A stretch of 60,943 nt of DNA, the filler included. It is 6 parts of 6 records of this genome, joined end to end, with 100 filler letters (N's around TTAATTAATTAA, not from the genome) between each part and the next. Parts side by side here need not be neighbours in the genome. Positions count along the whole stretch, not along the records: positions 29,531 to 42,226 come from DRR378314_558; positions 42,327 to 47,875 come from DRR378314_560; 4 more parts are not named here. One strand, given 5' to 3'. The notes under the pieces were generated by a model, which saw nothing but the letters and a program-made list of their open reading frames with translations, did no database searches and was not told where the DNA came from. Each line of letters starts with the position of its first letter. Positions within the stretch are counted from its first letter, which is position 1. The position numbers were made by a program, and so were the translations under genes. Shown here piece by piece: positions 33,694-44,892 of this stretch.

Positions 33694-35070
33694 CTTTGCA
33701 CAGAACAATGGGGCGGCTGCGAAGAGCGAAGCCGGGGAGCCTTTCAGGTGTACGGGAAAACGCGCGCAGGAGGGAGGAAGCGCTGCTGTGAAACTCCGTT
33801 GCTTGCACGCTGGCGGGTGCGCAGCCCTGCCTGCCACACGCACGGGCCAAGGTCAGCACCGCACTCAGGCGCGGTCTAGGGTGGTTCGCAACCGCAAGAA
33901 GTCTGTGGACAGAACCCTATCGATAACCAGAGTTCCCTTGCGCTCCACGATGTCACATTTATACTCTAACCCTTTTGTACTTGTATTTATATGTGGTAGA
34001 AGTGACACTTCCTTGACCATACTTGCGCTCCGAGCGCACTCATGCGCACGCATTGCGTTCCTTCCGAGCGACCACGCGGGGCTCGCGCGACCTGTGCTGT
34101 CAAATTGCATCGTTAGCCAGAGTCCTTTGGACAGGTGTGGGCGCTCTCTGCCTTCGCAGCACGCACTGCCGCGCCGGCAGAAAGGAGAGCTTCGTCGAAG
34201 TTGCCCACCGAAAGGTGCGACAGCACATGCCAAACACACATACACACGATCTTTGTGAAACACACGGGAGTTTGGCCCTGGTGCTTGCGGGAAACGCGCG
34301 TTTGCGGCGCGTGGTCGCGCTCTCCACGTGGGCGGCTCGTTGCGCCAGCCGCCGCGGCGAACGGTCTTGGCCGCTGTTCCCGCCACGCTCCAGCGCTGCT
34401 CTCGCAGCGGATTCAGCACCTTCCGGGTTTCTTCTGCATGCCACGGGGAGAGCACATCTCCTATTCTGTATCGTGAATTCTAGTGGTAATTGAGCATCGA
34501 TCAAATGAATATATCAGCAAGCGCTGGGGTTGGTCCTAAGGAATTTGCGCTTTGGGCGCTCCGGCAGCTACTGCAGCTCGCGCACTGGCGGCAGAGACGT
34601 GTGCCAGCCGGAAGCGTGTTCTGCGGCGCTGCTGCGCTTGCGCGTTTCCGTGTACCAGTGTCGCCCCGTAAACAATCAATTTCTGCCCCCGAGAAAGCTG
34701 GCTGCAATGTATATCAACCAGTAATGAAACTATGCGAGTTACAAACGTATGGTTCGCGGCGCGCTATCTTTCATCGTGCAACGTTGTTGGCGCAGGAACA
34801 GACCCATGCCGCGACGCATAGCGCGCCGGCCGAGGTTGCGTGGCGAGGAAGCCAGCGCGCTCGCGGACATTTCCAATCGGCGCGCCACTGCCGCTCGCGC
34901 TCGGAAACGAACGGACTTGCGCCAGCGCGCGGAACATGAAGCATGTGCGTATCTATACGAAGCGTGATATGTGCAATTGGCGCAGTATGAGTGTGGAACG
35001 AGTGAGCACAGGGGCGGCAGCTGCTAACGGCGCGGAAGGACTTGGCGGCTTTTTGCGCTATCCTTTGCAG

Positions 35071-36930
35071 GTCCTTTTGAGCGCGACTTCGCTTTCCCAG
35101 AGAGGATTTCCCAGCACTTGCATTGCGCTATCTGCACAGAGGTATTCAACGCCCCATTGCGGTACGTCTCGATGAATTACTGCGCATAGGACCCGTGCAA
35201 CCAAAAGGAGGTATTAGGCTCACCTTCCTGTCTCTGTGGAGAGGGAACGCGGTCCTCGCCTGTGCTGTCCGAGCCGCCGCGCGAACCGATGCTCCGATGT
35301 CGTCCATCTGCGCTGCTAAACCGGTCCCTTCATCGATGCCCTGTGCTGCCGTTGTCATTTTGCTGGTACCTCCAGGCTACCGTGCGGGCACTATTTTTGT
35401 GCTGCGTGCATTTTGCAGGTATGCGAAGCTTGCTTGGTTCGTGTCATTTTTGTTATGTCCAGAGTGGCACGTGCTTTGCAAATCCTTCATCGCTGCTCTT
35501 CTTCTTTGGCATTGCGACGTTGGATAGCGCGAGAGAAGCACAGAAAAAAAGGAAGGGTTTCACGGGTTTGCTCCCCATTTTGTTCACTAATCAACGCATA
35601 TTCGTATGTTTTTGTTACTTGGTGCTTCTCATTCTCTCTCGTTTCGTTTGCTGCTCGCACGTTGCACTGGCATGTGCTGAAGTGGATGGAGCACAATGCA
35701 ACCTGCCCCGCTTGCCGACGAAACACGACGGAGTCCGAATTAATGGCCGACCCGTTTTGCAACGCTCTTGTGAACGAGGTGCGAGTTGTACAAGTCGATT
35801 TGGCCCGCCATCAGTCGTTCCCCCACCCTGAAGCGTAGGCGTTTGGTCATGCCGGCGGGTCACTCCCTGGAGTACGCGACAGAGTCGCGGACGTCAATGG
35901 CCACGTATTGGTATGCGATGCGTGGGCAGGTGATTCGATGTCTCCCTTTTGACGTTTCTGTGATTGTGCACCGCTGCAGCTTTCTGTATTCTGCCCGGGG
36001 AAGCGAAAGGGCTGCCAATGGACCGGAGAGCTTGGATCCGCCCTTTCTCACTGGAAGGTACGTGCGGACGCGTGCGGACCTCTGTGGCGCTGCGAACGGC
36101 AAACCGCCCGAGCTACTCGGGGCTGGTCGGTATCCCCAGTTTTTTCGTACCCTTTCTGCGATCCAAATGGCATTAGTGGTTTTGATTCCTTGGTATCAGG
36201 TTAGGAAAGGGACTATGTGATGCTAAAATTTCGCGCGAGAGCGCGAGTACATGGCCTGCTACCTTTGTGCGAGCGACCTCACATTCTCCCATTCGCCGCC
36301 GCCGCCACTGCCGCTGCCGCTGCAACGCAGACGTGTGCAGAGAATGCCGCCAACCTTCCTGCCTGGTTGCACCGCGACATTGCGGCTGATCGGGGAGCAT
36401 CTGTCCGCCATTCTGCTTATGTTGATAATGACGATGACGATGACGATGACGATGCAATCGTCGTTCCGAGCCAACCGTCTGATCAGCACGACCATCCAGC
36501 AGCCTCGCGACGCCAGCGTCGACGGATTTTGGTTGACAGCGACCAAGAGGACGACGTCGTGGTGCTCTCGAGCAACCCTGGGGGAACAAGCTCGCAGTTG
36601 CAGCCTGCTTCTCCGCAGATGGAGAACAGTGATGATGACGAAGAGCCTGTCGAGTCGCTTCGGATGCGGCTCTTCCGCCAGGCCGACCACCGCGGCCTCC
36701 TCGAGTCGTTTATGACAACGTCACCCGCGCCAAACCGCCCTGGAGCGCGCGCACCGCGTCTCGCGGCCCACAACGAGGCGTCTCCGTCCCCGACACCAGC
36801 ACTGCGGCGAGGCGTTCGCAATGCGCAGGCACGTCGGCAGGCCCAAGGGCATTTGCGCTCGTTGAACGCCATCGCGACACCGGAGTCGTTCCCGTCCTCG
36901 CGGTCGCGCGATGGTGCTGTGTTTGACTAG
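35071..36930 (+). CDS. RING-HC E3 ligase with TRAF-type zinc finger and acidic SIM-like tail (first exon unresolved, possibly ATG ~34937)
   Basis: Exons 35071-35161, 35376-35418, 35683-35778, 35980-36057 and 36331-36930 splice in frame: HCAICTEVFNAPLRLPCGHYFCAACILQWMEHNATCPACR (C3HC4), then LSVFCPGKRKGCQWTGELGSALSHWKTC (TRAF-like zinc finger). Confidence 0.85.
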
Positions 36931-37024
36931 CGCAGCGATATTGTTGGCACGGCGCCACTTGTGCGCTGTGCATGTAGAGGATGGATTGTGGAAGCTAGGG
37001 GCGTGGATGCGGATGTCCCGGATT

Positions 37025-40000
37025 CTATCGCCCTGCAGTGTATTTCTTTCTTTGCTTATGTTGCTGTGTACTATACATGTGTGAGGTAAATACAATGGGA
37101 TACCATTCCATACACTGATTCGCCGTCGCAGGCGCGCGCACCGTGTAGCTCTTTTCTTCTACGAATGCCCGCCACCGTGGCGATGCTCGTGCCGGCGCCT
37201 GCGTCTGCGCTTCGCGCGACGCTTTGCGAGCGAGCGCGAGAGCTTCGTTTTCGCGTCCTCCACTTCCTGCGAAGCGAAGCGATCCAGAAGAGACATGATC
37301 CTCGATCGCTCCGCCCGCAGGTTCCGGATCTTGCATAACGTGGAGCAAAAGGTACCGCATATCGGGGGAGAAAGAAATCATATGCACTGACAAGTCAGCA
37401 TCGCCTCCGATCGCACTTCCCGTTTCCACATTGGTGCTCGGAGGATTCCCCGTTCTGCGGGAGAGCACAAAGCCGCTTTGCGATGCTGTGCTGTGGAACA
37501 ATGCCAATTGCTGCCGCAGAGCTCTCTTTGTCTATATATATCACACACACAAAACACACCTCGCTATGCATTCTTTGTTGGCATTGTCGGAGCTCGTCAC
37601 CGCGTGCAAGTATTGAACGCTCTTCCTCTCGCCACGCATCTGTCCACTCCTGAAATTCGTCGTCGAGCTGCGCGCTTCTTGTCGGCTCAGCGACAGCTGT
37701 GGGCGCCGAGCTTGTCAACGCGGGACTGCTCGTGCTCGCCGGAGCATCTTCCTCCTCAGCGCTACGAATCCGTCCAACCCGGAACAGCAGCGACCATTTA
37801 AAAATCGGTAAAGCCAATGGTTTTATACGCATTGCATCGTTTCAAGAAGATAAATAACGAGCTCCTGCAACAAGGTGCCTCTTGGCTGTGGATGAGCCTG
37901 GGGCGATACGCATAGGGAGCACACAGCAGCCGCGCAGCGACGGACGAAGCGTACCGAAGGGCAACCGCTTGCGTTGACCAGAACCCGGTGCTCGGTGCTT
38001 GCTGAAGCAGCGATCAAGAGTGAAGAGACAATTACAATTCAGCATCACATTGCAAGGCACGAGATACACGGGTCTGGTTTTGGAAGGAGCGTGCACTTGC
38101 CAAGGTGGCAGTTGGATCCCGACGCAACACCTAACTCGTTCCACTCCATCCAGTACACGCGCAAATACAAAGATACGGAGGTTTCTGGAAACCTCATTTT
38201 CTCTGACTTTATAAAGTCATGCGTGCCTGAAGTGCAAATATAGGGCAATATGCCTATGCGAACGATTCGGTTAGAGGAGCGACGCCAGAAGTCGTTGATG
38301 TTCGCTGTCTCAGAAACAAAGAAAGACGTCGCATCTACACAAAGCGCCTCGTACTCCTTCGACGCACTGATAATAAATGCGTTCTGCAAAGAAATCAAAT
38401 AGAACTCCCATTTTTGCAAAGTAAAGTTTCGGAAGCATCCCCGCGTATCTAACCGTGTGAGGCCCAGAATTCCTATATACGAGCCATTCAGGCACCCAGG
38501 TGCGCATACCTCGCGGTAGTACAGTAGGCGATCGTACGTCTCCAAATCGGCGCGCGACAGGACAAACCGCGACATTTCGCTCATGAAAACATCCGTCATA
38601 CCCGACAAAAACCCCTATATTTCCATACAAGGCGCGGAATACAGACGCAAAAAACGTTCCACAGCGCATTGCTCCATGAGCGATGCTACTCCGTTGGGAC
38701 TCGCTTCGCAACGGAACGCTGCTGCGGCGCCAATACTCGCTCCACACCGCGACGCGTCCCTGCTGCCGACGCGTCCTCTGAACGGTAAGGCTCAACAGGG
38801 AACGCACATGTAGGCGCTCTCGCATTTCACCGGACCCAATCGGAAAACGCTCTGCCATTGCAAGTATATAGTGGACCAGAACTTCGACATCTGAATCTCC
38901 CGTCGCAGCGCGGAGCTCGCGGACTAGAAATGGCTCTAGGCGAAGCAAATCGGCTTGCTCCGCAGACACCCTCTGCGTATTCGGAGAAGTACCTGCAAGG
39001 CACCATGAGAGCCAGCACCATATAGAGAGCATACTCATTGAAATGATAGTAATGTGCACTAGACTATCAATACAAGGTATCACTGCAATATTCAGGAAAC
39101 AATCGGCCAGATCGAGGGGTTGGTTTGTCGGTCGCTCTGGATCGGCGGGATGGCGCCAACAGCCTCTACACAGCGCCGCGGCCTCTTCTTGGCCAGTTCA
39201 TCTGCGTAGAATCCCGCCGCGGTCGCCATTTTGGCAAGGAAAGAGTCATCACTTACTGAAGTCTATTCTTTCATATATATAAAGGGACCACATCGAGGGC
39301 CACTTGGCGTACCCTGTCGCTGGAGATAGTATGAGCGGCGTGAGGCAACTGTCGCGTGGCTGTGCGACAGCGGAAACGAATCGCTCGCGCGCGTTTGAAC
39401 AGCGCGAATACGGCCTCTCCTACAATACACGCGCAACACGAAGAAACACCACCAGGACAACCCTTTTAGCATTACACATTTTGAGTAAACACTCTGGGAA
39501 AGACGGCATTATCTGCTGTCTGGTATACAGGCTAGTGCAAATAGCACATGTGGCAATCAAGATCCACAGCGTTTCCTCCGTGGCCGCCGCCACGGTCGGG
39601 CCCACAGGCGCACCTGCGCGCGTCCGCGAGTCTGCGCAGGCGCTCGTAGTACGCTGATCGCGCCGCACGAGGCCTCTGCGAAGCAGACTGTGCCAAAGCA
39701 CGACCATCAAAAGAGACTTGACCTCGTCCCGCCACTTGTCCTGGAGGAACTGGACCTGGTGCCGGAGCAGGTGCGAGGTCGTCGACGTTGACAACCTGCG
39801 ACGCCGTGGCCGCGCGCGCAGGGCCTCAGTGGCGCGCAGCGTGCCGACCGCGCCGCAGAGCAACGCAGCGTGCCCAGAACGTATAGACAATATGCTGCCT
39901 GTCAAGGAACACCTACAAACAATAATCTTTTGATACGCGTCGTAAGAAAACCGAAACGATACACAACGCCTCCTCTGCGGTGCAGAGATAGCGCGCGTGC

Positions 40001-40679
40001 GCAGGATACCTGGCGCGCTCCGCGGCGCACGTACCTGAAAATCATCCTGCGACTTGACGTCAAACACAAGCTGTTCAAACGGACGCTTGCAGAGAGGGCA
40101 CAGCGCGCGCCTGGACGAGCGAATCCACTATCATATCGCAAGTGCGGAATCCAAACAGCACAGAAGGAGCGGTTAGCGCTACCGCACGACGAGGCGACGT
40201 GCGGAGAATACACCGAAGTTGAAGCAGCGCCGCGCGGCAGCGCGCGGCAAGCATCGGCAGAGCACACCTCCGTAATGCATTCGAAACAAAATGCATGGAA
40301 GCATGATCGCGCCAGCGCAGGAGACTTGAATTCATCGAGACAAATGGCGCACACATTATTGTCTGTTTCCTGTAAGATGCCCGGCGCACAAACAGGGCGG
40401 CACACGCGCGCGGGAGCTCCGCGTTAGCTTCACGCGACGGATTGCGCGGGAGGCACTGGTGTGCCCAGCGTTGTGCCGGCCCGTACTCTCCATCCAGCTG
40501 GGGCCTCCTGAGCTGTTAGGGCACGCCAGCAGAACAAAATATGTTACGAGAAGGAATACAGATGGAAGAGTAGCGCAAGCACCTTTACAAGTGTGGCAAA
40601 AGCGTACGTGGCAGTGGCTTGCACAGGAACGCACGCGAAAGAGCCTCTCCAGGAAGCCGCCGTGCTCGCCACCCGTCAT
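37025..40679 (-). CDS. Topors-like RING E3 ubiquitin/SUMO ligase, multi-exon (3' end uncertain: 38254 or ~37025)
   Basis: Exons 40679-40635, 40369-40268, 40127-40035, 39795-39614, 39419-39313, 38992-38808 and 38614-38510 are phase-compatible. They give CAICLDEFKSPALARSCFHAFCFECITEWIRSSRRALCPLCKRPFEQLVFDVKSQDDF and RLEPFLVREL…LVHYIL…LHGFLSGMTDVFMSEMSRFVLSRADLETYD, matching the Topors RING and conserved helical region as recalled. Confidence 0.82.
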
Positions 40680-41959
40680 GCAAACGCGCGCCCGCCTCTC
40701 TACTCAGGGTATCGACCGAGAAGACGATTGGTGCATGTCGCCTTGACAATCAATATCAATCAAAGAATACGGAGCTGGGGCGTATTCGAATGCGCACGAA
40801 AGAAGAGAGCCTGCAGCTTTGCTGCTTTCGACGGCGCGGCGTTGTGAACCGCACAGGTTTGCTGCTGGCATCATAGAATGGTTGCGGTGAGAGGGTGGGG
40901 ATACCACAATCATATTCGGACTGGGAGGGCCGCACACTCGCCCTCCCAGTCCGTTCTGGGCTGCGCGCGCGCCAAGCCTGTCGTGCTTCCCAGCCACACC
41001 CCAGCTGACCCAGCACGCCGCGCGAGTGCACCACAGCTGCGGCGGCCAAGCAGCAAAAACTCGCCTGCGCCCGCTTCTCCGCTCCCCAACGCGTCCACCT
41101 GGTTTCCGCACGTCCCTTTCTCAGCGGCGTTTCTGCGGGCATCGCCGATCGCTGGATGGCTATGTACGTGTAAACTTACGACGAAAATTGTCGGCGTTTG
41201 CGCGCCGTGCGAGAAACGGTCTTGGGTGCCCCGTGTTTGCGTCCAGAGACGTTGCTGCCTTTGCCTGGCTTCTCGCTGGGGCGGCGAGTGCAAGCGTTCG
41301 CCCGGCGGCGTCGAAGAGCAGAGCTTCCAAATCCCAGCGTTTTGCTGGCTGCACCGCGCTGCCGTCCCAGCGTGCTGGTCAGCGTAGTCGCGCGTGAAAG
41401 GCCCTTCGATTTGCACCAGCAAAGTCCGACGTCACCATAGCCATGTCTGCTCTCGCGTTGCGCCTTGCACAATCTACGCACATGAGGGTTTGCATTCACG
41501 TGAAAGAGAAGGTTTTTTGCAACCTGGCGGCTGTCGGCGAGCCCGTGCAGGGCAGAGCGGCCGCGGCTGCTGTGTCCGGTGCGCGCTGCGCCTCCCTTTT
41601 CGGGTTCCTGTGGCGCTTATGGGATCACGCTGCGTCCCGTGTACCCATGCTCTTCGACCGTCCCACGTTTCGCCCTCTAATCTAAAAAAAGAAGAAATAT
41701 TAGAGCTGTTAAAAGAGAGTCGGTCCCTGTGTGTTTTTTCCCCTGTTGCTTCCCTTGTTTCCGCATAGGGCGCCTTCCCGCCGTGTGCAGTGCCTAAGGC
41801 TGTGGTAGTGCAGGGATTGGTTGCCGAGGAACCTCAACGCGCACGGAGCTCTTGACGGCGGCTTTGGTTAGTGAGCTCGTCGCACGGTGGCGTATGAGGC
41901 ATGTGCCGTTGTGCGAGCGCCATTGCTTTCTTGCCGCGTGCGCCCTTTCCCGTTCTCGC

Positions 41960-42171
41960 AAGGTCAAGTATACGATGACATTCTCCGTCTCTGTCTGCGC
42001 ACACGTAGGTTGGCAAGTTCGATGGAGGATGGGGAATATTCGATGGTTGACCGCGTAACTGCTGCGTACTGGTGGAACGGCCTCCAATTCATGGCCGAGC
42101 TTGACGACTGCGACTTTGACGCACTGTGCCGCACTGTTGAAGATAATACTGGGCTTGAGCGAGGTAGCTAC
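41960..42171 (+). CDS. Probable exon of an unidentified eukaryotic gene truncated by the contig end
   Basis: Protein-like frame (…MVDRVTAAYWWNGLQFMAELDDCDFDALCRTVEDNTGLERGSY) ends at a consensus donor gtaagt (42172). The 5' boundary is uncertain. Confidence 0.35.
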
Positions 42172-42226
42172 GTAAGTTTGCCCGCGTTAAATTGTCCGTA
42201 CTGGCTGTCACGGCCGCACGAAGAGT

Positions 42227-42326
42227 NNNNNNNNNNNNNNNNNNNNNNNNNNNNNNNNNNNNNNNNNNNNTTAATTAATTAANNNNNNNNNNNNNNNNNN
42301 NNNNNNNNNNNNNNNNNNNNNNNNNN
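42227..42326. other. Artificial contig spacer
   Basis: 44 N + TTAATTAATTAA + 44 N. Confidence 0.98.
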
Positions 42327-42353
42327 GAGAGAGAGAGAGAGAGAGAGAGAGAG
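42327..42353. repeat. (GA)n microsatellite at contig start
   Basis: Read directly from the sequence. Confidence 0.92.
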
Positions 42354-42452
42354 GGCATGGAGGCGGACAAGGACTGCAATGCGCTGAATTGCGTAGTGCA
42401 TGCGAGGAGGAAAGGGGAAGCTCTTGCAGCGCGAGCGCACGCGAGAGCGCAC

Positions 42453-44280
42453 CATGGAGACTTTTCCGATGTTCTTGTCGCGATCGCGGAGCTCGAGATA
42501 GATTGGCGGCACATTCATGTGGCACACATACGCGAAACACGCTGCAAGCGCAGGAACGAAATGAAGCCAGGGTACGTGCGCGCTTCCTGCGTCAGTTCGC
42601 CGTACACAGCGCTGGAAATGTGCTGTGCAAGATGCGACGGCGATAGGAAAGGAAGAGCAGTAGGGAGAGACCGAAAGGGAAAGAGCTCCTTGCGTTTCTG
42701 CGTGTCACGTCGCGCGAAGTGGGATCACCGGTGGACACAACAGCGCGTCTACCACCGAATGCGCTGTGGATGATCGCCAATTACCTCCTGGGTGGCGACT
42801 GACAGGGCCATAGTACGACGCTGCGGATGAATGCCGCAGAGTTCCAATCGTCACAGGCAGCGCCTCGTGCGCGTCGAGCTTCCCCGCAGCGAACGCGAGC
42901 GACAAGCGCAATGCTCCTACTCGGGCGCCAGTCCCTAACAACGGCGCATTTGGCAGGCACTACGAAATAATACACTGCATCTGTTGCATTGACTTGCTCA
43001 CTGCGAGGTCGTACCGATTGGCAGTGCGTTGAGAATGTCTGCACTCAAGTTGAAAAGAACGACTGAGCCGCGCGATCCGGCGTTACCGTGCGTCATTTCT
43101 TCCCCACCTTTCACCATCACCGAGAACGCGAACAGCATGATGAAGAATAGCGCCAGAAATGATGTAAAGCGCAGCGAATCCATATTCTGAAGACGGAGAA
43201 TAGCATGCAGCGAATAGGATAAGAAAAGTGTCTTCTTCGCAAGTCGCACGTATTAGGGCCTCGTCGGTTGTAACGGACGGAGTCGTGCACAGCTGACGCG
43301 TCGAGTCGCTATCGTATGCAAGAAGCCATTCGCTGATGGCACAGCACGGATACGGCATCACGTTTTTGAAACCATGACTGTACATGGTATGCAGGGGTAG
43401 GAGGCGGACTTGGAACGGCACGCACCTTGAGAAGTGTGAGGGGAAAGACGACGAGGACCATCAGGAACACCTGCCAGAATTCCCGCGTCGAGAGGATCGA
43501 GCCGTCGCCAAACACTTTGGCGAGCACCGGCTGCACTACATCGGCGATAATCACCACATACGCAATGCAGGCCCCCATTTGCTGAATGATGACCGTCCAA
43601 ATAACAGCCTGTTTGCCTTTGTCACCATAGGCTGCGACGCCGATGTCCGTGTAGGACTTGCGCCCGCACGCGCGCATTCCTCGAACAAGGAGGCGGACGG
43701 AGAAGTTCGACGGAATTCCTGTACGCAAGAAGAGGCACCGGCGCGGCGGTTAAACCTCTGCCCTGCACACCGCTGCACGGAAGCTAGTGCTATTTCCGTA
43801 GAGCTTGCAGCACATGTAATATAAGCTCACTCAGAAGGCAACTGCTATCAATTTTGCGCGCGTAGTGCCACGCCAAGGTCGGAGCGCAGCTTCCGCGCAG
43901 CGTCTACCAGAGCGCGGCGCGTGCGCCCTTCGCCAGGAGGTGCATGGGGGCGTGCACAAGCAGTCGCTGCGATTTCCAACCGCCTTTCCTGTAAGCTATC
44001 GTGCGAGCGACGTGCATTCCTTGGCACCCATACCGACAATAACAAGAAGAACCGCGAAGAGGATGACACCGGCGTTCTTCGAGGCGTACGGCATAGCAAG
44101 CGTTGAAGCGCCGATGATGGTGTTGGCCAGGTTGAAGACGGCGGACGCAGGAGTCGCTGAGCCGGGCTTTTGCGCGCTCGCGCCCGCGTCATCGTGCTCT
44201 GAAAACGGCGCCGCTTCTGAGAGCTCTTCCGGTGGAGGCACCACTTTGCCACCAAACTCGACGTAGTCTGCAGAAGCCAT
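42453..44280 (-). CDS. Amino-acid transporter, AAAP/SLC38 (AVT-like) family, 5' part
   Basis: Exons 44280-44034, 43718-43426, 43186-43015 and 42541-42453 are in frame with GT-AG introns. Motifs: SAVFNLANTIIGASTLAMPYA, SYTDIGVAAYG, PLTLLKNMDSLRFTS and FAYVCHMNVPPIYLEL. Confidence 0.9.
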
Positions 44281-44892
44281 GGTGCGACCGAAGTTGTACA
44301 CGGCTCGCTGCGCGAGGCACAGAAAAAGGGAGGCAACTACTAAAGTGCGAAGCACGGCTCAGCAAGGCAGCGGCGAAGAGGACCCGGGCTGCTGCACCTC
44401 TGGGCGGCGCAGCGGGCGAGTTCCGGGGCGACTTCAGTAGCCGCGCGCGAGTCGCACACGCTGCACTCTTTCACAGGACGACAGCGCTTTCCACTGTAGA
44501 TCGCCGACACACAAGCTTTACTTCTTGAGAAATGACGGCCAGAGGTGAGCACAAGTGCCACAGCAAGACTTTCCGCAAGACTCCGTGCTGGGCCGCGCAA
44601 TATTCCTGCGTCATTCCCATGGCGCTGGCAAGCCATGCGCGGCTGATTAGACGATATCAACATCATTTTGAGAAGAACTATGTTGAAGTTTAATAGGGGA
44701 GTCTACAGTGGTTACACCAGTCGGGGAGATTGCCCCTCTGTTTTTCGACGCACTAGCACGGCATCTCCGTACAGATTGAGCTCCCGAATTTTCCGCGCGC
44801 GCTTCGGAAGCACGGCCGAGTTCGCGCGCGCGCGCGCGCCGAGCTGCAGCAGCGAGCGCAGGATTTGCACGAAGCTGCGAGCAGTGCGTGCA

